A stretch of 64,000 nt of DNA, from positions 2,912,001-2,976,000 of the forward strand of contig OZ244070.1 of the NCBI GenBank assembly GCA_965215605.1, read 5' to 3'. A program made the position numbers and the translations under genes. This document shows positions 27,941 to 39,782 of this stretch, one piece after another (the stretch's first letter is position 1; every line of letters begins with the position of its first letter). The stretch is from an uncultured Candidatus Binatia bacterium. Lineage in GTDB: Bacteria; Desulfobacterota; Binatia; UBA9968; JAJDTQ01. The notes under the pieces are model-generated. The model ran no database searches. It was not told the DNA's origin and saw nothing but the letters and a program-made list of their open reading frames with translations.

Positions 27941-29620
27941 ATGGCATACGATCTGGTGATTCGCGGCGCGACCATCTGTGACGGCTCGGGACAACCCGGC
28001 TATGCCGGCGACGTGGCCGTCGGGGGCGGCACGATCCGGCAAGTCGGCGGCAAGGCCGGCCCGGCCACACGCGAGGTGGACGGCGACGGCCTGGTCGTGG
28101 CGCCCGGCTTCATCGACGGCCACACCCACATGGACGCGCAACTCCTGTGGGACCCCCAGGTGACCAGCTCCTGCTATCACGGCGTCACCAGCATCGTCAC
28201 CGGCAACTGCGGCTTGAGCCTCGCCCCGTGCAAGCCCGAGGACCGGGACATCCTGCTCCAGACCTTCTCTCACGTCGAAGGCATGGACATCGAGCTCTTG
28301 CGGCGCGCGGTGGAATGGAGCTGGACCGACATGGCGGGTTACATGGACGCGGTGGAGGCCATGCGGCCGGCGCTCAACGTCGGCATGCTGGTGGGCCACT
28401 GCCCGCTGCGCCAGTACGTCATGGGGGAGGAGTCCATCAAGCGCGCCGCCACCGCGGAGGAGATCGCGGCCATGCAGGCGCTGCTGCGGGAGGCGCTGAA
28501 CGCCGGGCTGCTGGGCTTCTCCACCAACCGCAACGAGCGCCACTTCCGCGAAGACGGCGAGCCGCTGCCGAGCCGGTTGGCGGAGTGGGAAGAGCTGGAA
28601 GCGCTGGGGCAGGTGCTGACGGACCTGAAGCGAGGGGTGATCCAGATGAGTTCCGCGGGCCAGAACGCCGAGCGTGTGGCGTCGCTGGCGGACTTCTCGC
28701 TCCGCACCGGCCGTCCGGTGGTGTGGAACTCCATCCTGCACCGGTGGTCCAAGCCCGACGAGTGGCGCGAATTGCTGGACGCCACGGTGGCGGGCTTCGA
28801 GCGCGGCGCGCAGGCCTGGGCCAACACCAACGTCCGGCCCTTCAACAACCGCTTCAACCTCATCGACGGCCAGGAGTTCGACGAGTTCCCCACTTGGCGC
28901 GGCCTCATGTTCAGCCCCATCGAGGAGCGCCGGGCGGCGTTCCAGGACCCGGAAGTGCGGAAGAAGCTCCGCTGGGAGGTGGTGGAGAACCCCACGCCCT
29001 CGGCCTTCCACAAACGCTGGGAGCTGGTCTACATCGTCAAGCCCACCACCGGGAAGAACGCCCATCTCAAGGGCGCCAACGTGGCCGACTACGCCCGCTC
29101 CCAGGGCAAGGACGTCTTCGATGCGTTCATGGACCTGTGCCTGGAGGAAAACCTGGAAACCGGTTTCCAGACCGCCCACACCAACGGCGACGCCGACGCC
29201 GTCGGCGCCATCGTGTCCAACCCGTACACGGTGCTGGGCCAGTCCGACGCCGGCGCCCACGTGGCCATCGACGCCGGCTTCGGCTACTGCACCCTGCTGC
29301 TGGCCAAGTACGTCAGGGAGCGCGGCGACCTCACCCTGGAGGAAGGGGTCCGCAAGCTCACCTCCATGCAGGCCGACATCTGCGGCATCGCCGACCGGGG
29401 CCGGCTCGAGCCCGGCATGGCCGCCGACGTGGTCGTCTTCGACCCCGCCACCGTGGCGCCCCGGGAGCCGGAGCTGTTGCACGACTTCCCCGGCGGCGCT
29501 GCCCGGTTGGCCCAGTATGCGGACGGCATTCATACCGTCCTGGTCAACGGACAGGTGTCACTGGAGGGCGGCGAGCCCACCGGGGGGCGGGCGGGGAAGG
29601 TGCTGCGGAACGGAGTGTAA
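27941..29620 (+). CDS. N-acyl-D-amino-acid deacylase family amidohydrolase
   Basis: APGFIDGHTHMD, GNCG, SDAGAH and GMAADVVVFD motifs. Confidence 0.88.
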   Translation: MAYDLVIRGATICDGSGQPGYAGDVAVGGGTIRQVGGKAGPATREVDGDGLVVAPGFIDGHTHMDAQLLWDPQVTSSCYHGVTSIVTGNCGLSLAPCKPEDRDILLQTFSHVEGMDIELLRRAVEWSWTDMAGYMDAVEAMRPALNVGMLVGHCPLRQYVMGEESIKRAATAEEIAAMQALLREALNAGLLGFSTNRNERHFREDGEPLPSRLAEWEELEALGQVLTDLKRGVIQMSSAGQNAERVASLADFSLRTGRPVVWNSILHRWSKPDEWRELLDATVAGFERGAQAWANTNVRPFNNRFNLIDGQEFDEFPTWRGLMFSPIEERRAAFQDPEVRKKLRWEVVENPTPSAFHKRWELVYIVKPTTGKNAHLKGANVADYARSQGKDVFDAFMDLCLEENLETGFQTAHTNGDADAVGAIVSNPYTVLGQSDAGAHVAIDAGFGYCTLLLAKYVRERGDLTLEEGVRKLTSMQADICGIADRGRLEPGMAADVVVFDPATVAPREPELLHDFPGGAARLAQYADGIHTVLVNGQVSLEGGEPTGGRAGKVLRNGV

Positions 29621-29676
29621 CGGGGACGTTCGCTCGACTGGATCAAAAACGCAGTTGCCGCACGGATAGGTATGGG

Positions 29677-29707
29677 ATATGAATATAATCAACGGATTTT
29701 TTCATAT
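29677..29707 (+). promoter_or_regulatory. Putative parDE operator/promoter
   Basis: Inverted repeat ATATGAA-N17-TTCATAT enclosing TATAAT (29684-29689). Confidence 0.5.
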
Positions 29708-29721
29708 ACTTGGAGACGGAA

Positions 29722-29946
29722 ATGGCGACCATCCCGAAGACTGTTAGCCTTACCCACAAAAATGAAGCGTGGGTCAACGAACGCGTCAGATCCGGGGACT
29801 TCGGCAACGCCAGCGAGTACATCCGGGATCTGATCCGGCGCGATGAAGAGCGCCAGACCCGCGTCGAGGCCATTCGCGCCGCGTTGATCGAAGGAGAGGA
29901 GAGTGGCATCAGCGATCGGATGCCGGAGGACATCATGCAGCCCTGA
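29722..29946 (+). CDS. ParD-type RHH antitoxin, probably frameshifted at the C-terminus
   Basis: SGDFGNASEYIRDLIR and IEGEESG motifs; adding one base restores ...MQALIEKKRRNGAL* ending at 29978. Confidence 0.8.
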   Translation: MATIPKTVSLTHKNEAWVNERVRSGDFGNASEYIRDLIRRDEERQTRVEAIRAALIEGEESGISDRMPEDIMQP

Positions 29947-29964
29947 TCGAGAAAAAACGTCGGA

Positions 29965-30192
29965 ATGGGGCGCTATAGGCTCACCAAAGCCGCCGATGGG
30001 GACTTCGAGAGCATCTTCGACTTCGGAATCGATCGATTCGGCATGGACCGGGCGCAGGCCTACCAGCGGGACATGATCGAACACTTCGCACAGCTCGCGG
30101 AAAGGCCGTTGCTCTATCCCTCCGTCGGGCACCTCCGCCCTGGCCTCCACCGCAGCGTCTATAAGTCTCACTCGATCTACTACCGGGTGGAC
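29965..30192 (+). pseudogene. ParE-type toxin truncated after about 76 aa
   Basis: YRLTKAA..D...I......FG...A..Y and HSIYYRVD; the final V/IxIxRILH strand is absent and the frame runs into GC-rich spacer. Confidence 0.7.
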
Positions 30193-30292
30193 TGCCGCCA
30201 AGGAAGGCCCCGCGGCGGGCGGCTGCGGCCCGGGGGGTCGATCCCTTGCCGCCTGTCGCCCGCCGTTCGATCGCCCGCGGGGCTTCGGCCTG

Positions 30293-31264
30293 CTATTTCG
30301 GCAGGACCTTCTTCATATCGTCGATGTACTTCCGGTAGAGCCCCGCGCGGACGGCGATGTCCTTCCTGGCGCGCTTGGCGTCTCCCGGGTCGAGGATCAG
30401 GCCGGACTTCAGGAGGAAGTCGGTGAATTCCTTGTCGTTCATGGCCTTGAGGAGCGCCGTCTCCAGGATCTTGGCGCGGTCGGCCGGGGTTCCCGGAGGG
30501 GCCGCCATGTGCCGCGAGGAGGCCAGCGTGAAGTCGTAGCCCGCTTCCCTGGCGGTGGGGACGTCCGGAGCGTAGGTGGAGCGCTTGCCCGCGAGGTCCA
30601 GCACCGGGCGGATTTCCTTGGTCTTCAGGTACGGCACCACCGAGGGATGATCGATGGGCTGGAGGAAGACGTCGTAGTCGCCCCGGAGCAGCCCCGGAAG
30701 GGCTTCACCGGTGCCGCGGTACCCGGACACGACGTCGAACTTGATGCCCAGTTCCTTGGCCGCGATGAAGGCGTCGAACCAGCGTCCGGCGCCGATGGAT
30801 TCGATTCCCCAGACCACCCGGTTCGCCTGCTGCAGGTCCTTCAGCGTCTTGTACTTGGAGTCGTTGCGCAGGAGCAGGGCGTAGGGCTCGCCGCCCACCC
30901 GTACCAGCCAGGTGAACTTCTCGAAGTCGTAGCCAGCCTTCGCGGCCCCCTTGAGAAAGGGCACGGGCATCATGCCACCGTACATCTGGCCGATGGTGTA
31001 GCCGTCGGGCTTGGAGCGGTACAGGTAGACGGTGCCGGTGACGCCGCCGGCGCCGGTGACGTTCTTGACGATGGCCTTGACGCCCTTGGGGAGATACTTC
31101 TCGATGCTGCGGGAGATGGCCCGGGAAATGGTGTCGAAACCGCCGCCGGGCGAGAACGTCACGATGCTGTTGATGTTCCTCTCGGGGAACTCCGCGTGGC
31201 TCGGCGCGGCCAACAGCAAAAGTACCGCAACGCTGATCATCACGACGCGTAACAGACGATTCAT
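30293..31264 (-). CDS. TctC/Bug binding protein
   Basis: FSPGGGFD, KPDGYT, GYRG and APPGTP motifs. Confidence 0.88.
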   Translation of the reverse strand: MNRLLRVVMISVAVLLLLAAPSHAEFPERNINSIVTFSPGGGFDTISRAISRSIEKYLPKGVKAIVKNVTGAGGVTGTVYLYRSKPDGYTIGQMYGGMMPVPFLKGAAKAGYDFEKFTWLVRVGGEPYALLLRNDSKYKTLKDLQQANRVVWGIESIGAGRWFDAFIAAKELGIKFDVVSGYRGTGEALPGLLRGDYDVFLQPIDHPSVVPYLKTKEIRPVLDLAGKRSTYAPDVPTAREAGYDFTLASSRHMAAPPGTPADRAKILETALLKAMNDKEFTDFLLKSGLILDPGDAKRARKDIAVRAGLYRKYIDDMKKVLPK

Positions 31265-31554
31265 GGATCTACCTCCGTCAAGGCGGTAACCGCCGGGTTG
31301 GCCGGCGCGGATGACGATTCCCGCACCGTGTGAAAATCGCCATGTTTATTCAGGTGGAGGGTTGGTGTCAAGCAGCGTGACGATGACCAGATCTGGCCCA
31401 CCATCTTGACAACGCACGGACGATGGCCATAGAGTCGGGGTGTTCGTTCACCCGGGGCCGGCTGTACTCCAGCGAGTGACCGAACACGGCATCCAGTCAA
31501 TTCCACCGCGCCGCCGGCACTCTTTCAACGACCAAACCCATCGAGGAGGAAACC

Positions 31555-32580
31555 ATGGCCAGGGACGTCGAAGTCATCGATGCGGACGGGCATATCACCG
31601 AGACGGACGAGCAGCTCAAGAAGTACATGGAAGCGCCGTGGGTGGACCGGACCGCGACCCTCTACCCCATCGACAACTGGGACCGTTCCATCGGCGGGAC
31701 CCTGGGGACCACGGCGTGCGACGCCAAGACGTGGTTGAACGCCATGGACGACGGCGGCCTCACCACCGCCTACCTCTATCCCACGGGCGGCCTGGGCATC
31801 GGCTGGATCCGCGAGCCGGACTTGGCGGTGGCCCTGTGCAAGGCCTGGAACGACTTCGTCTCCGAGGAGTTCCAGAAGGTCAGTCCCCGGCTCAAGGGGG
31901 TGGCGCTGGTGTCGTTTCAGGACGTGCCCGAGGCGGTCAAAGAGTTGCGCCGGGCCGTCCAGGAGCTGGAGCTGACGGGGTTGATGCTGCCGGCCGTGGG
32001 GCTGCGGCTGCCGCTGGGACACCAGGACTACTGGCCCATCTACGAGGAGGCGGAGAAGCTCGACTGCATGGTGGGCGTGCACGCCACCGTGCGCGGGCCG
32101 CAGTACTTCGGCGCTGATGGGTTCGACCAGTTCATCGAGGTCCACACCCTTTCCCACGCCTTCGCCCAGATGATGCAGATGACCAGCATGATCTTTCGGG
32201 GCGTGATGGACCGGTTCCCGAACCTCCGGGTGGCGTTCATGGAGGCGGGTTGCTCATGGGCGCCCTACTGGGCCGGACGCATGGACGAGGAATGGGAGAA
32301 GCGCGGCGCGGCGGAGGCGCCGCTCTGCAAGAAGAAACCCAGCGAGTACGTGCGCAGCGGCAACATCTACTTCCACGCCGAGGACTACGAACCCTTCATC
32401 GGCGAGACCGGCAAGTGGCTGAGCCCCGACGTGCTCTACTACGCGTCTGACTATCCCCACTGGGACATGGAGTTCCCGGAGAACATCGACCACCTCGGCC
32501 GGCGCGAGGACCTGTCCCCCGAGGACAAGAAATGGCTGCTGGCGGATTCCGCCAAGCGGCTTTACGGGGTGGCCAGCTAA
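31555..32580 (+). CDS. Amidohydro_2-family metalloenzyme
   Basis: IDADGH, AWND, FMEAG and YASDYPHWD motifs. Confidence 0.9.
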   Translation: MARDVEVIDADGHITETDEQLKKYMEAPWVDRTATLYPIDNWDRSIGGTLGTTACDAKTWLNAMDDGGLTTAYLYPTGGLGIGWIREPDLAVALCKAWNDFVSEEFQKVSPRLKGVALVSFQDVPEAVKELRRAVQELELTGLMLPAVGLRLPLGHQDYWPIYEEAEKLDCMVGVHATVRGPQYFGADGFDQFIEVHTLSHAFAQMMQMTSMIFRGVMDRFPNLRVAFMEAGCSWAPYWAGRMDEEWEKRGAAEAPLCKKKPSEYVRSGNIYFHAEDYEPFIGETGKWLSPDVLYYASDYPHWDMEFPENIDHLGRREDLSPEDKKWLLADSAKRLYGVAS

Positions 32581-32629
32581 GGACCTGGGCACGGGCGGCG
32601 GAGAGGTCCTGCCTCCCCGCCCCACCCCC

Positions 32630-32666
32630 GGACCCCGGATCGGGTCCGGGGCAGGCTCCGGGGTCC
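32630..32666. repeat. GC-rich nested palindrome (REP-like or terminator) between convergent genes
   Basis: GGACCCCGGA (32630-32639) pairs with TCCGGGGTCC (32657-32666); alternative inner stem CCCCGGA/TCCGGGG. Confidence 0.6.
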
Positions 32667-32702
32667 AGGGGGCACGAGCAGGATGCCTGCCCCGGCGGGA
32701 TC

Positions 32703-33641
32703 TCAGAACTCCTTGATCTCCCGCAGCCGCATCCCTTTCTTCAGCGCCTGCCGCAGCACATGCGTACCCACGGCGAGATCTTCGTCCGGAATCCCGTTGG
32801 ATTGGAACAGCACCTTCCGTGGCTTGCCCTGGACGCCGTCGGCGACGATGGATTCCAGCGCCACCACGTCCCGCCAGCGTAGCTGCCTCTTGGCGCAGGC
32901 GTCGATCAGGTCGCCGCTGTCGTTCCGCGCGGTGGCGAGGTCGTCGGTGACCACCAGGTCCATGGACCGGATGAGCCGTCCGGACACCTCGTGCTTGACG
33001 GGCTGGTTGGCGCCGATGGTGGCCACGAGCACGTCGTCCTTGAGGTTCCGGCCGTCGACGATGGGGGTGGTGGAGTCGGTGGATATCAGCAGGACGTCCG
33101 ACTCGCCCTCGATCTCGTCCACCGAGCCGGCCACCCGGAAGGGCGTCCGCACCACCTTGCTCATGGCATCGATGAAACCTTGCCGCCGCTCGGCGTTGCG
33201 GCCGTACACCAGCACCTGCTTCGGCCGGCAGGCCTTGACCACGGCTTCCACCTGGAACGTGCCCTGCCAGCCCGGACCGATGAGACCCAGAACCGACGGC
33301 TTGGGCGGCGCCAGGTATTTCGCCGCCACCCCGGTGGCCGCGCCGGTCCGCAGGCTGCTGAGATAGGCCGCGCTCATGATAGCCTTGAGGCCGCCGGCGC
33401 CGCCGTCGTACAGGCTGATGGTGTTCGCCTTGCCGACATAGCTCCGCAGCGCGATGAGGTCCGAGGTCTGGTGCCACGCGGCCATCACGTTGAGCTGCTT
33501 GCTGCTGCCCTTGAGCCGCCGGCGCGGGACGGCCCGCGCCTTGCCCGCGGCCCGGTCCCGGAACATCCTGTCCAGGAGCCGGATGCAGGTCGTCATGTCG
33601 ATGAGCTCACGGGTCTGCTTTGCGCTGATGATCAGGGCCAT
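32703..33641 (-). CDS. Ornithine cyclodeaminase-family protein
   Basis: LRTGAATGVAAKYLA, IGPGWQG, IGAN and FQSNG..ED motifs. Confidence 0.87.
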   Translation of the reverse strand: MALIISAKQTRELIDMTTCIRLLDRMFRDRAAGKARAVPRRRLKGSSKQLNVMAAWHQTSDLIALRSYVGKANTISLYDGGAGGLKAIMSAAYLSSLRTGAATGVAAKYLAPPKPSVLGLIGPGWQGTFQVEAVVKACRPKQVLVYGRNAERRQGFIDAMSKVVRTPFRVAGSVDEIEGESDVLLISTDSTTPIVDGRNLKDDVLVATIGANQPVKHEVSGRLIRSMDLVVTDDLATARNDSGDLIDACAKRQLRWRDVVALESIVADGVQGKPRKVLFQSNGIPDEDLAVGTHVLRQALKKGMRLREIKEF

Positions 33642-33682
33642 GGGATGTCGTTCCTTTCGTTTTGCGCGGGATCTCCCTTTTC

Positions 33683-33704
33683 GTCATTCCCGCTTTCGCG
33701 GGAA
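33683..33704. repeat. Single REP-like hairpin GTCATTCCCGCTTTCGCGGGAA
   Basis: Related to the arms of the 8203-8289 element; ATTCCC-N8-GGGAA core. Confidence 0.55.
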
Positions 33705-33707
33705 CCT

Positions 33708-34784
33708 TCATTGTCCTTCCGGGAACACGTGCCATCCCTTGTCGGGTAGCGACACGGCCACGGTTTCACCTTTTGCATAGTCCGCGTCGCCCACGGCCTT
33801 GACGGTCAACTCCACCTCGCCGACCTGCACCTGACAGTGCAGCGCGTCCCCAAGGTAGGTCTGTCGCAGTACCTGCCCGCGTGTCCCGGCCGTGGGGTCG
33901 TCACGCCCGATAGCGATGTGCTCGGGCCGGACGCCCAGGACTACCGCCGCGCCGGGGCCGCAGGCCGGCGGCACGGCGCACGCGATGGTGCCCAGGCCGG
34001 ACTCGGCGTGACCCGCGTCCACCACCTTGCCGGGGATGAAGTTCATCTCGCCCACGAAACGGGCGACGAACAGGTTGGGAGGCTCGGAGTAGACCTGCTT
34101 CGGCGTGCCGAGCTGCAGGATCTCGCCCTCGTTCATGACGCACATGCGGTCGCCCAGGCTCAGGGCCTCGGCCTGGTCGTGGGTGACGTAGAGGGAGGTG
34201 ACGTTGACGGATTCGGCGATGCGCCGCAGCTCGTCCCGCATCTGGTCCCGCAGGCGCGCGTCGAGGTTGCTCAAGGGCTCGTCCATGAGCAGCACCTTGG
34301 GCCGGGTCACCACCGCCCGGGCCAGCGCCACGCGCTGCTGCTGGCCGCCGCTCAGGTCCGTGACCGGGCGTTCCTCCAGTCCGTCCAGCCGTACCAGCCG
34401 GAGCGCGTCCAGCGCGCGGTCGCGGACTTCCGCGCGCGGGATGCGCCGTTGTCCCTCCGTGAGCGGCAGGACCACGTTTTGGTACACGTTCAGGTGCGGC
34501 CACACGGCGTAGCTCTGGAACACCATGCCGATGTCCCGCCGCTCGGGCGGCACGTAAGCGCCCCCTTCGGCGCTGTCCACCAGCTCGCCGTCGATCTCGA
34601 TGGAACCGCCGTCCGGCCGTTCCAGCCCGGCCACGCAGCGCAGGGTGGTGGTCTTGCCGCAGCCGCTGGGTCCCAACAGCACCATGAACTCGCCCTGGGC
34701 CACCTCCAGGTCGATGCCGTCGACGGCGCGCACCGGCCCCCGGGCCGAGTCGAAGATCTTTTCCAGCTTCCGAATGCTGATCAA
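33708..34784 (-). CDS. ABC transporter ATP-binding protein (Fe3+/polyamine class)
   Basis: GPSGCGKTT, LSGGQQQR and MDEPLSNLD motifs; TOBE-like tail. Confidence 0.93.
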   Translation of the reverse strand: MISIRKLEKIFDSARGPVRAVDGIDLEVAQGEFMVLLGPSGCGKTTTLRCVAGLERPDGGSIEIDGELVDSAEGGAYVPPERRDIGMVFQSYAVWPHLNVYQNVVLPLTEGQRRIPRAEVRDRALDALRLVRLDGLEERPVTDLSGGQQQRVALARAVVTRPKVLLMDEPLSNLDARLRDQMRDELRRIAESVNVTSLYVTHDQAEALSLGDRMCVMNEGEILQLGTPKQVYSEPPNLFVARFVGEMNFIPGKVVDAGHAESGLGTIACAVPPACGPGAAVVLGVRPEHIAIGRDDPTAGTRGQVLRQTYLGDALHCQVQVGEVELTVKAVGDADYAKGETVAVSLPDKGWHVFPEGQ

Positions 34785-34791
34785 CGTTACC

Positions 34792-36549
34792 TCATTGCTC
34801 CGCTAGGGCGCTGCGCCGTCCGAAGATCCAGAACAGCAGCAGCAGCGGCGAGAAGAAAAGGATCATCAGGGTCGTCACTACCGAGGCCTCGGTCATGCCG
34901 GCGGCAGCCCAGTAGCTCCATACCACCGCGGTGAGGGTGATGTTGCTCTCGGTGGCGAGGAACACGGCGACGGTGACCTCGCGATAGACCAGCAGGGCGG
35001 TCCATATCCACACGGACATGAGCGTGGGGCGCAGCAACGGCAACAGTACGCGCCGGCTGGCCCGCAGCATGGTGAGCCCGGACACGTAGGCGGCTTCTTC
35101 CAGTTCCTTGTGCACCTGCAGCAACGCGCCGTTCAAGGCACGGGTGGCGAAGGGCAGCCGGGTCACGAGGTAGACCAGCGCGATGAGCCACACGGAGCCG
35201 TAAAGCGGCACGTAATCCTTCAGCACGAACAGCGCCACCAGCAGCGCGCCGATGGCGAAGAGCAGCTCGGGCACGGTGTGGGGCAGGAAGGCGCCGAACT
35301 CCAGGGCGTAGCGCCCGCGGCTGCGGGTCCGCACCACCAGCCAGGAGATGGCGAACGCGCACACCAGCACCAGCACCGGCACCACGAACATCAGGATCAA
35401 TGTATGCTTCATGCCGCGCCAGACCAGTTCCCAGTTGACGTTGTAGAAGTTGTCGAGGGAGAGCTGTTCCCACATCTCCAGGGACGGCGGCGCGACGTAG
35501 GGTGCGAAGGCGATGAAGCCGACGAGCCCGATGGGCACGAGCTTGGAGAGGACGGCGTAGACTCCGATCATTCCCCAGGCGGCCCAGTTCCACCCGCCCA
35601 GGTCCAGCATCTTGGGGCGGTAGCCCTTGCCCGTGATGACCTGGTAGCGGTTGCCCTTCTGCAGCACGCGGCCGTACCACGCGGTGAGCGCCAGCGCCAC
35701 CACGATCATGAGCACTCCCACCGCGCCGGTGATGCCGTAGCGCGGCTCCATATCCTCGGGGAACGTCAGTGTGAACAGATATGTGCTGAAGAGGTAGACG
35801 CGGTTGCCCAGCCCGATGACCGCGGGCACGTCGAAGGTGGCGATGCCGACGATGAAAATGTAGATGACCGCGGCCATGATGGCGGGCATGGCCAGGGGAA
35901 TCGTCACCCGGCGCAGCGTGGCCGCGGCGCTCATGCCGGCGGTGCGCGCCGCCTCCTCCAGCATGGGGTTCATGGCGCGGAACATCTGCGTGGTGAGGAT
36001 GAACGCCAGCGGCGCCAGGTTCAGCCCCTGCACGAAACCCATGCCCAGGGGCGTTGCGATGTTGACCGGGCCGGAATCCAGACCCAAGAGGTCCACCAGC
36101 CATCGGTTGATGAAGCCGATGCGCGGGTGGGCGATGAACGTCCAGCCCATGGCCACGAAGATGCCGGGGATCAGGAGCCCCAGCGTCATGATGACGTAGA
36201 TGGCGGGTTTCCCCGGAATCGTGGTGCGCTCGGTGAGCCAGGCGATGGGAAGCCCGATGATCAGCGCGAAGAAGACCGTGGAAAACGCAAACCAAAGCGT
36301 GTTCCACAGCACGCCGTAGATCGCGGAATCTCCAAGGACATCGTGGTAGTTCTCCAGGGTATAGCTGGAATCGGCGGTGCCGAGGGTGCCGCTCTGGAAG
36401 CTCACCCACACGATCACCAGAATGAACATGGCCACGAGTGCCATGGGCGCCAGCGCGACGGGCAACAGCGGGGAGACCTGACCGTTAAGACGCGGCAGGC
36501 GCACGGCGACGGGCCTTTCTCGATTCGGGTGCGGGCAACTTGTTCCCAA
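34792..36549 (-). CDS. ABC transporter permease (FbpB-type, two TM repeats); start uncertain
   Basis: Two LEEAA motifs and many TM helices. Confidence 0.88.
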   Translation of the reverse strand: MGTSCPHPNRERPVAVRLPRLNGQVSPLLPVALAPMALVAMFILVIVWVSFQSGTLGTADSSYTLENYHDVLGDSAIYGVLWNTLWFAFSTVFFALIIGLPIAWLTERTTIPGKPAIYVIMTLGLLIPGIFVAMGWTFIAHPRIGFINRWLVDLLGLDSGPVNIATPLGMGFVQGLNLAPLAFILTTQMFRAMNPMLEEAARTAGMSAAATLRRVTIPLAMPAIMAAVIYIFIVGIATFDVPAVIGLGNRVYLFSTYLFTLTFPEDMEPRYGITGAVGVLMIVVALALTAWYGRVLQKGNRYQVITGKGYRPKMLDLGGWNWAAWGMIGVYAVLSKLVPIGLVGFIAFAPYVAPPSLEMWEQLSLDNFYNVNWELVWRGMKHTLILMFVVPVLVLVCAFAISWLVVRTRSRGRYALEFGAFLPHTVPELLFAIGALLVALFVLKDYVPLYGSVWLIALVYLVTRLPFATRALNGALLQVHKELEEAAYVSGLTMLRASRRVLLPLLRPTLMSVWIWTALLVYREVTVAVFLATESNITLTAVVWSYWAAAGMTEASVVTTLMILFFSPLLLLFWIFGRRSALAEQ

Positions 36550-36552
36550 CTG

Positions 36553-36595
36553 ATCGGGGGCATGCCTTGGACTCGATGAAAGGCATGCCCCCGAT
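36553..36595. terminator. 16-bp perfect intercistronic hairpin
   Basis: ATCGGGGGCATGCCTT/AAGGCATGCCCCCGAT with an 11-nt loop, between the binding-protein and permease genes. Confidence 0.7.
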
Positions 36596-36642
36596 GCTGG
36601 TCGGACCGCGGGAGACGCGTGGCCTCCCGGGTCGCGCGGCGA

Positions 36643-37737
36643 CTACTTGCCGCCGTCCTTGAGGATCTTGCGGAACTCCGCCTGGATCTTCCTGAGCGCC
36701 TTGGGGTCGTGCGTGTTGTTGCGCTCCACCGTGTCGATGAAGAGCAGGCCGCCGCCCGCGACGATCTTCTGCACCGGCTTGCGCGTGTTGGCCTCCGGGT
36801 AGATGTGCAGGTCGTGACCGCCCAGGTCCCACTGGAGCTTCTGGCCCTCCGCCGTGTTCATGAATGCCGCGAACAGGGTGGCCGCGTTGGGGCGCTGCGC
36901 ATGCTTGGGCACGCCCAGGTACATGACGTTGACCCGTGAGATCTCCTTGATGGTGGCCTGCTTCACGGGCGCGCCCTTGCGGCTCATGCGCAGCGCGTCG
37001 TCGTGGCCGCAATCGAACACCAGCATCAGGAACTCGCCGCTGGCGAGGCGATCCTGGGCGTTGCAGATGATCAGTCCGCCGATGTGCGCGGCGAGGCGCT
37101 TGGTGTAGTCGGTCATGCGCTCGCGCCCGAGCATGTCGTCGGCGGCGAACTGGTAGAGCCCGGTGGCGTAGGGCGTGGATGCGATCTTGCCCTTGAACTT
37201 GGGCTTGAAGACGTCCTCCATGCTCGTGGGGACGTCATCGCCCTTGACCAGCCGCGAGTTGTAGGAGATGCCCACCACCCGTGAAGCGATGGCCAGCGCC
37301 GCGCCCTTGGGGGCGGTACGGTTGATGTTGGCGTCCTTGGGGTTGGGCCGCTCCAGCAACCCCTCCCAGTCCATCAGCGTGAGCATGCCCTTGGTCGTGC
37401 CCTGGGAGATGTGGTTCGAGGTGCCCAGGTGGAGGTCGCTGCTGGCCGGTTGGCCGGCGGCATGTTCCTGCAGCAGCTTGGCGGTCATGCGCGGGAAGCT
37501 GGGTCCGGGGGTGTAGCGGACCTTGAGATCGGTCCCGTAGCGCTTGTTCAAGGCCGCGACCATCTTGCGCAGGCCCACGTCCCCGCCGAGCCGGCCGGGC
37601 GTCCACTGGATCTTGAGCTCGCCTTCCTTCTTGGCCGCTTCGATGACCTTCTGAAGCGCGGGGGAGATCTTCTCCTCGGCGAAAGCCGGGAGGCCAAGGC
37701 CGAGCACGGCCAAGGCTACGAGCACTCTTGAAAGCAT
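36643..37737 (-). CDS. ABC transporter substrate-binding protein
   Basis: Signal peptide; AAKKEG, YNSRLV, KGKI and PNAATLF motifs. Confidence 0.87.
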   Translation of the reverse strand: MLSRVLVALAVLGLGLPAFAEEKISPALQKVIEAAKKEGELKIQWTPGRLGGDVGLRKMVAALNKRYGTDLKVRYTPGPSFPRMTAKLLQEHAAGQPASSDLHLGTSNHISQGTTKGMLTLMDWEGLLERPNPKDANINRTAPKGAALAIASRVVGISYNSRLVKGDDVPTSMEDVFKPKFKGKIASTPYATGLYQFAADDMLGRERMTDYTKRLAAHIGGLIICNAQDRLASGEFLMLVFDCGHDDALRMSRKGAPVKQATIKEISRVNVMYLGVPKHAQRPNAATLFAAFMNTAEGQKLQWDLGGHDLHIYPEANTRKPVQKIVAGGGLLFIDTVERNNTHDPKALRKIQAEFRKILKDGGK

Positions 37738-37770
37738 GGGTGTTCCTCCTTGTGGTTGCCTTGCGTGAGG

Positions 37771-39609
<1,839 letters not shown>

Positions 39610-39782
39610 GCCGCGGACACTCTAGACCATCTCGACAGGTAATTCTATCAGCGCCGCGTGCCGGTTCCGGCGGTCCCGTGTCCTGTCGGCCGGGTTCCTG
39701 TGCTAAGATTCAGCCAGAATGAAAACGCGCCCGTGAAGCCGGTTTCACGGCAGACAAGAGCACCTTGTCCAAGGAGGTTGGT

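Noticed and set aside
25568-29533. 1321-aa minus-strand ORF (also 1253-3463, 6247-8190, 37750-39642, 41617-43515, 45355-47703 and similar)
   Set aside because: Antisense shadows of well-supported genes, expected in high-GC DNA; no recognisable motifs.
29944-29946. parD TGA as a second Sec codon
   Set aside because: Not at a Cys-like position and no evident hairpin; a 1-nt deletion explains it better.
30193-30426. ParE C-terminal extension as a novel fused domain
   Set aside because: Low-complexity Arg/Pro/Gly read-through across a GC-rich spacer and the antisense of tctC.
31365-31433. Back-to-back TTGACA hexamers between tctC and the amidohydrolase
   Set aside because: Plausible divergent promoters, but the -10 matches are weak, so not called.
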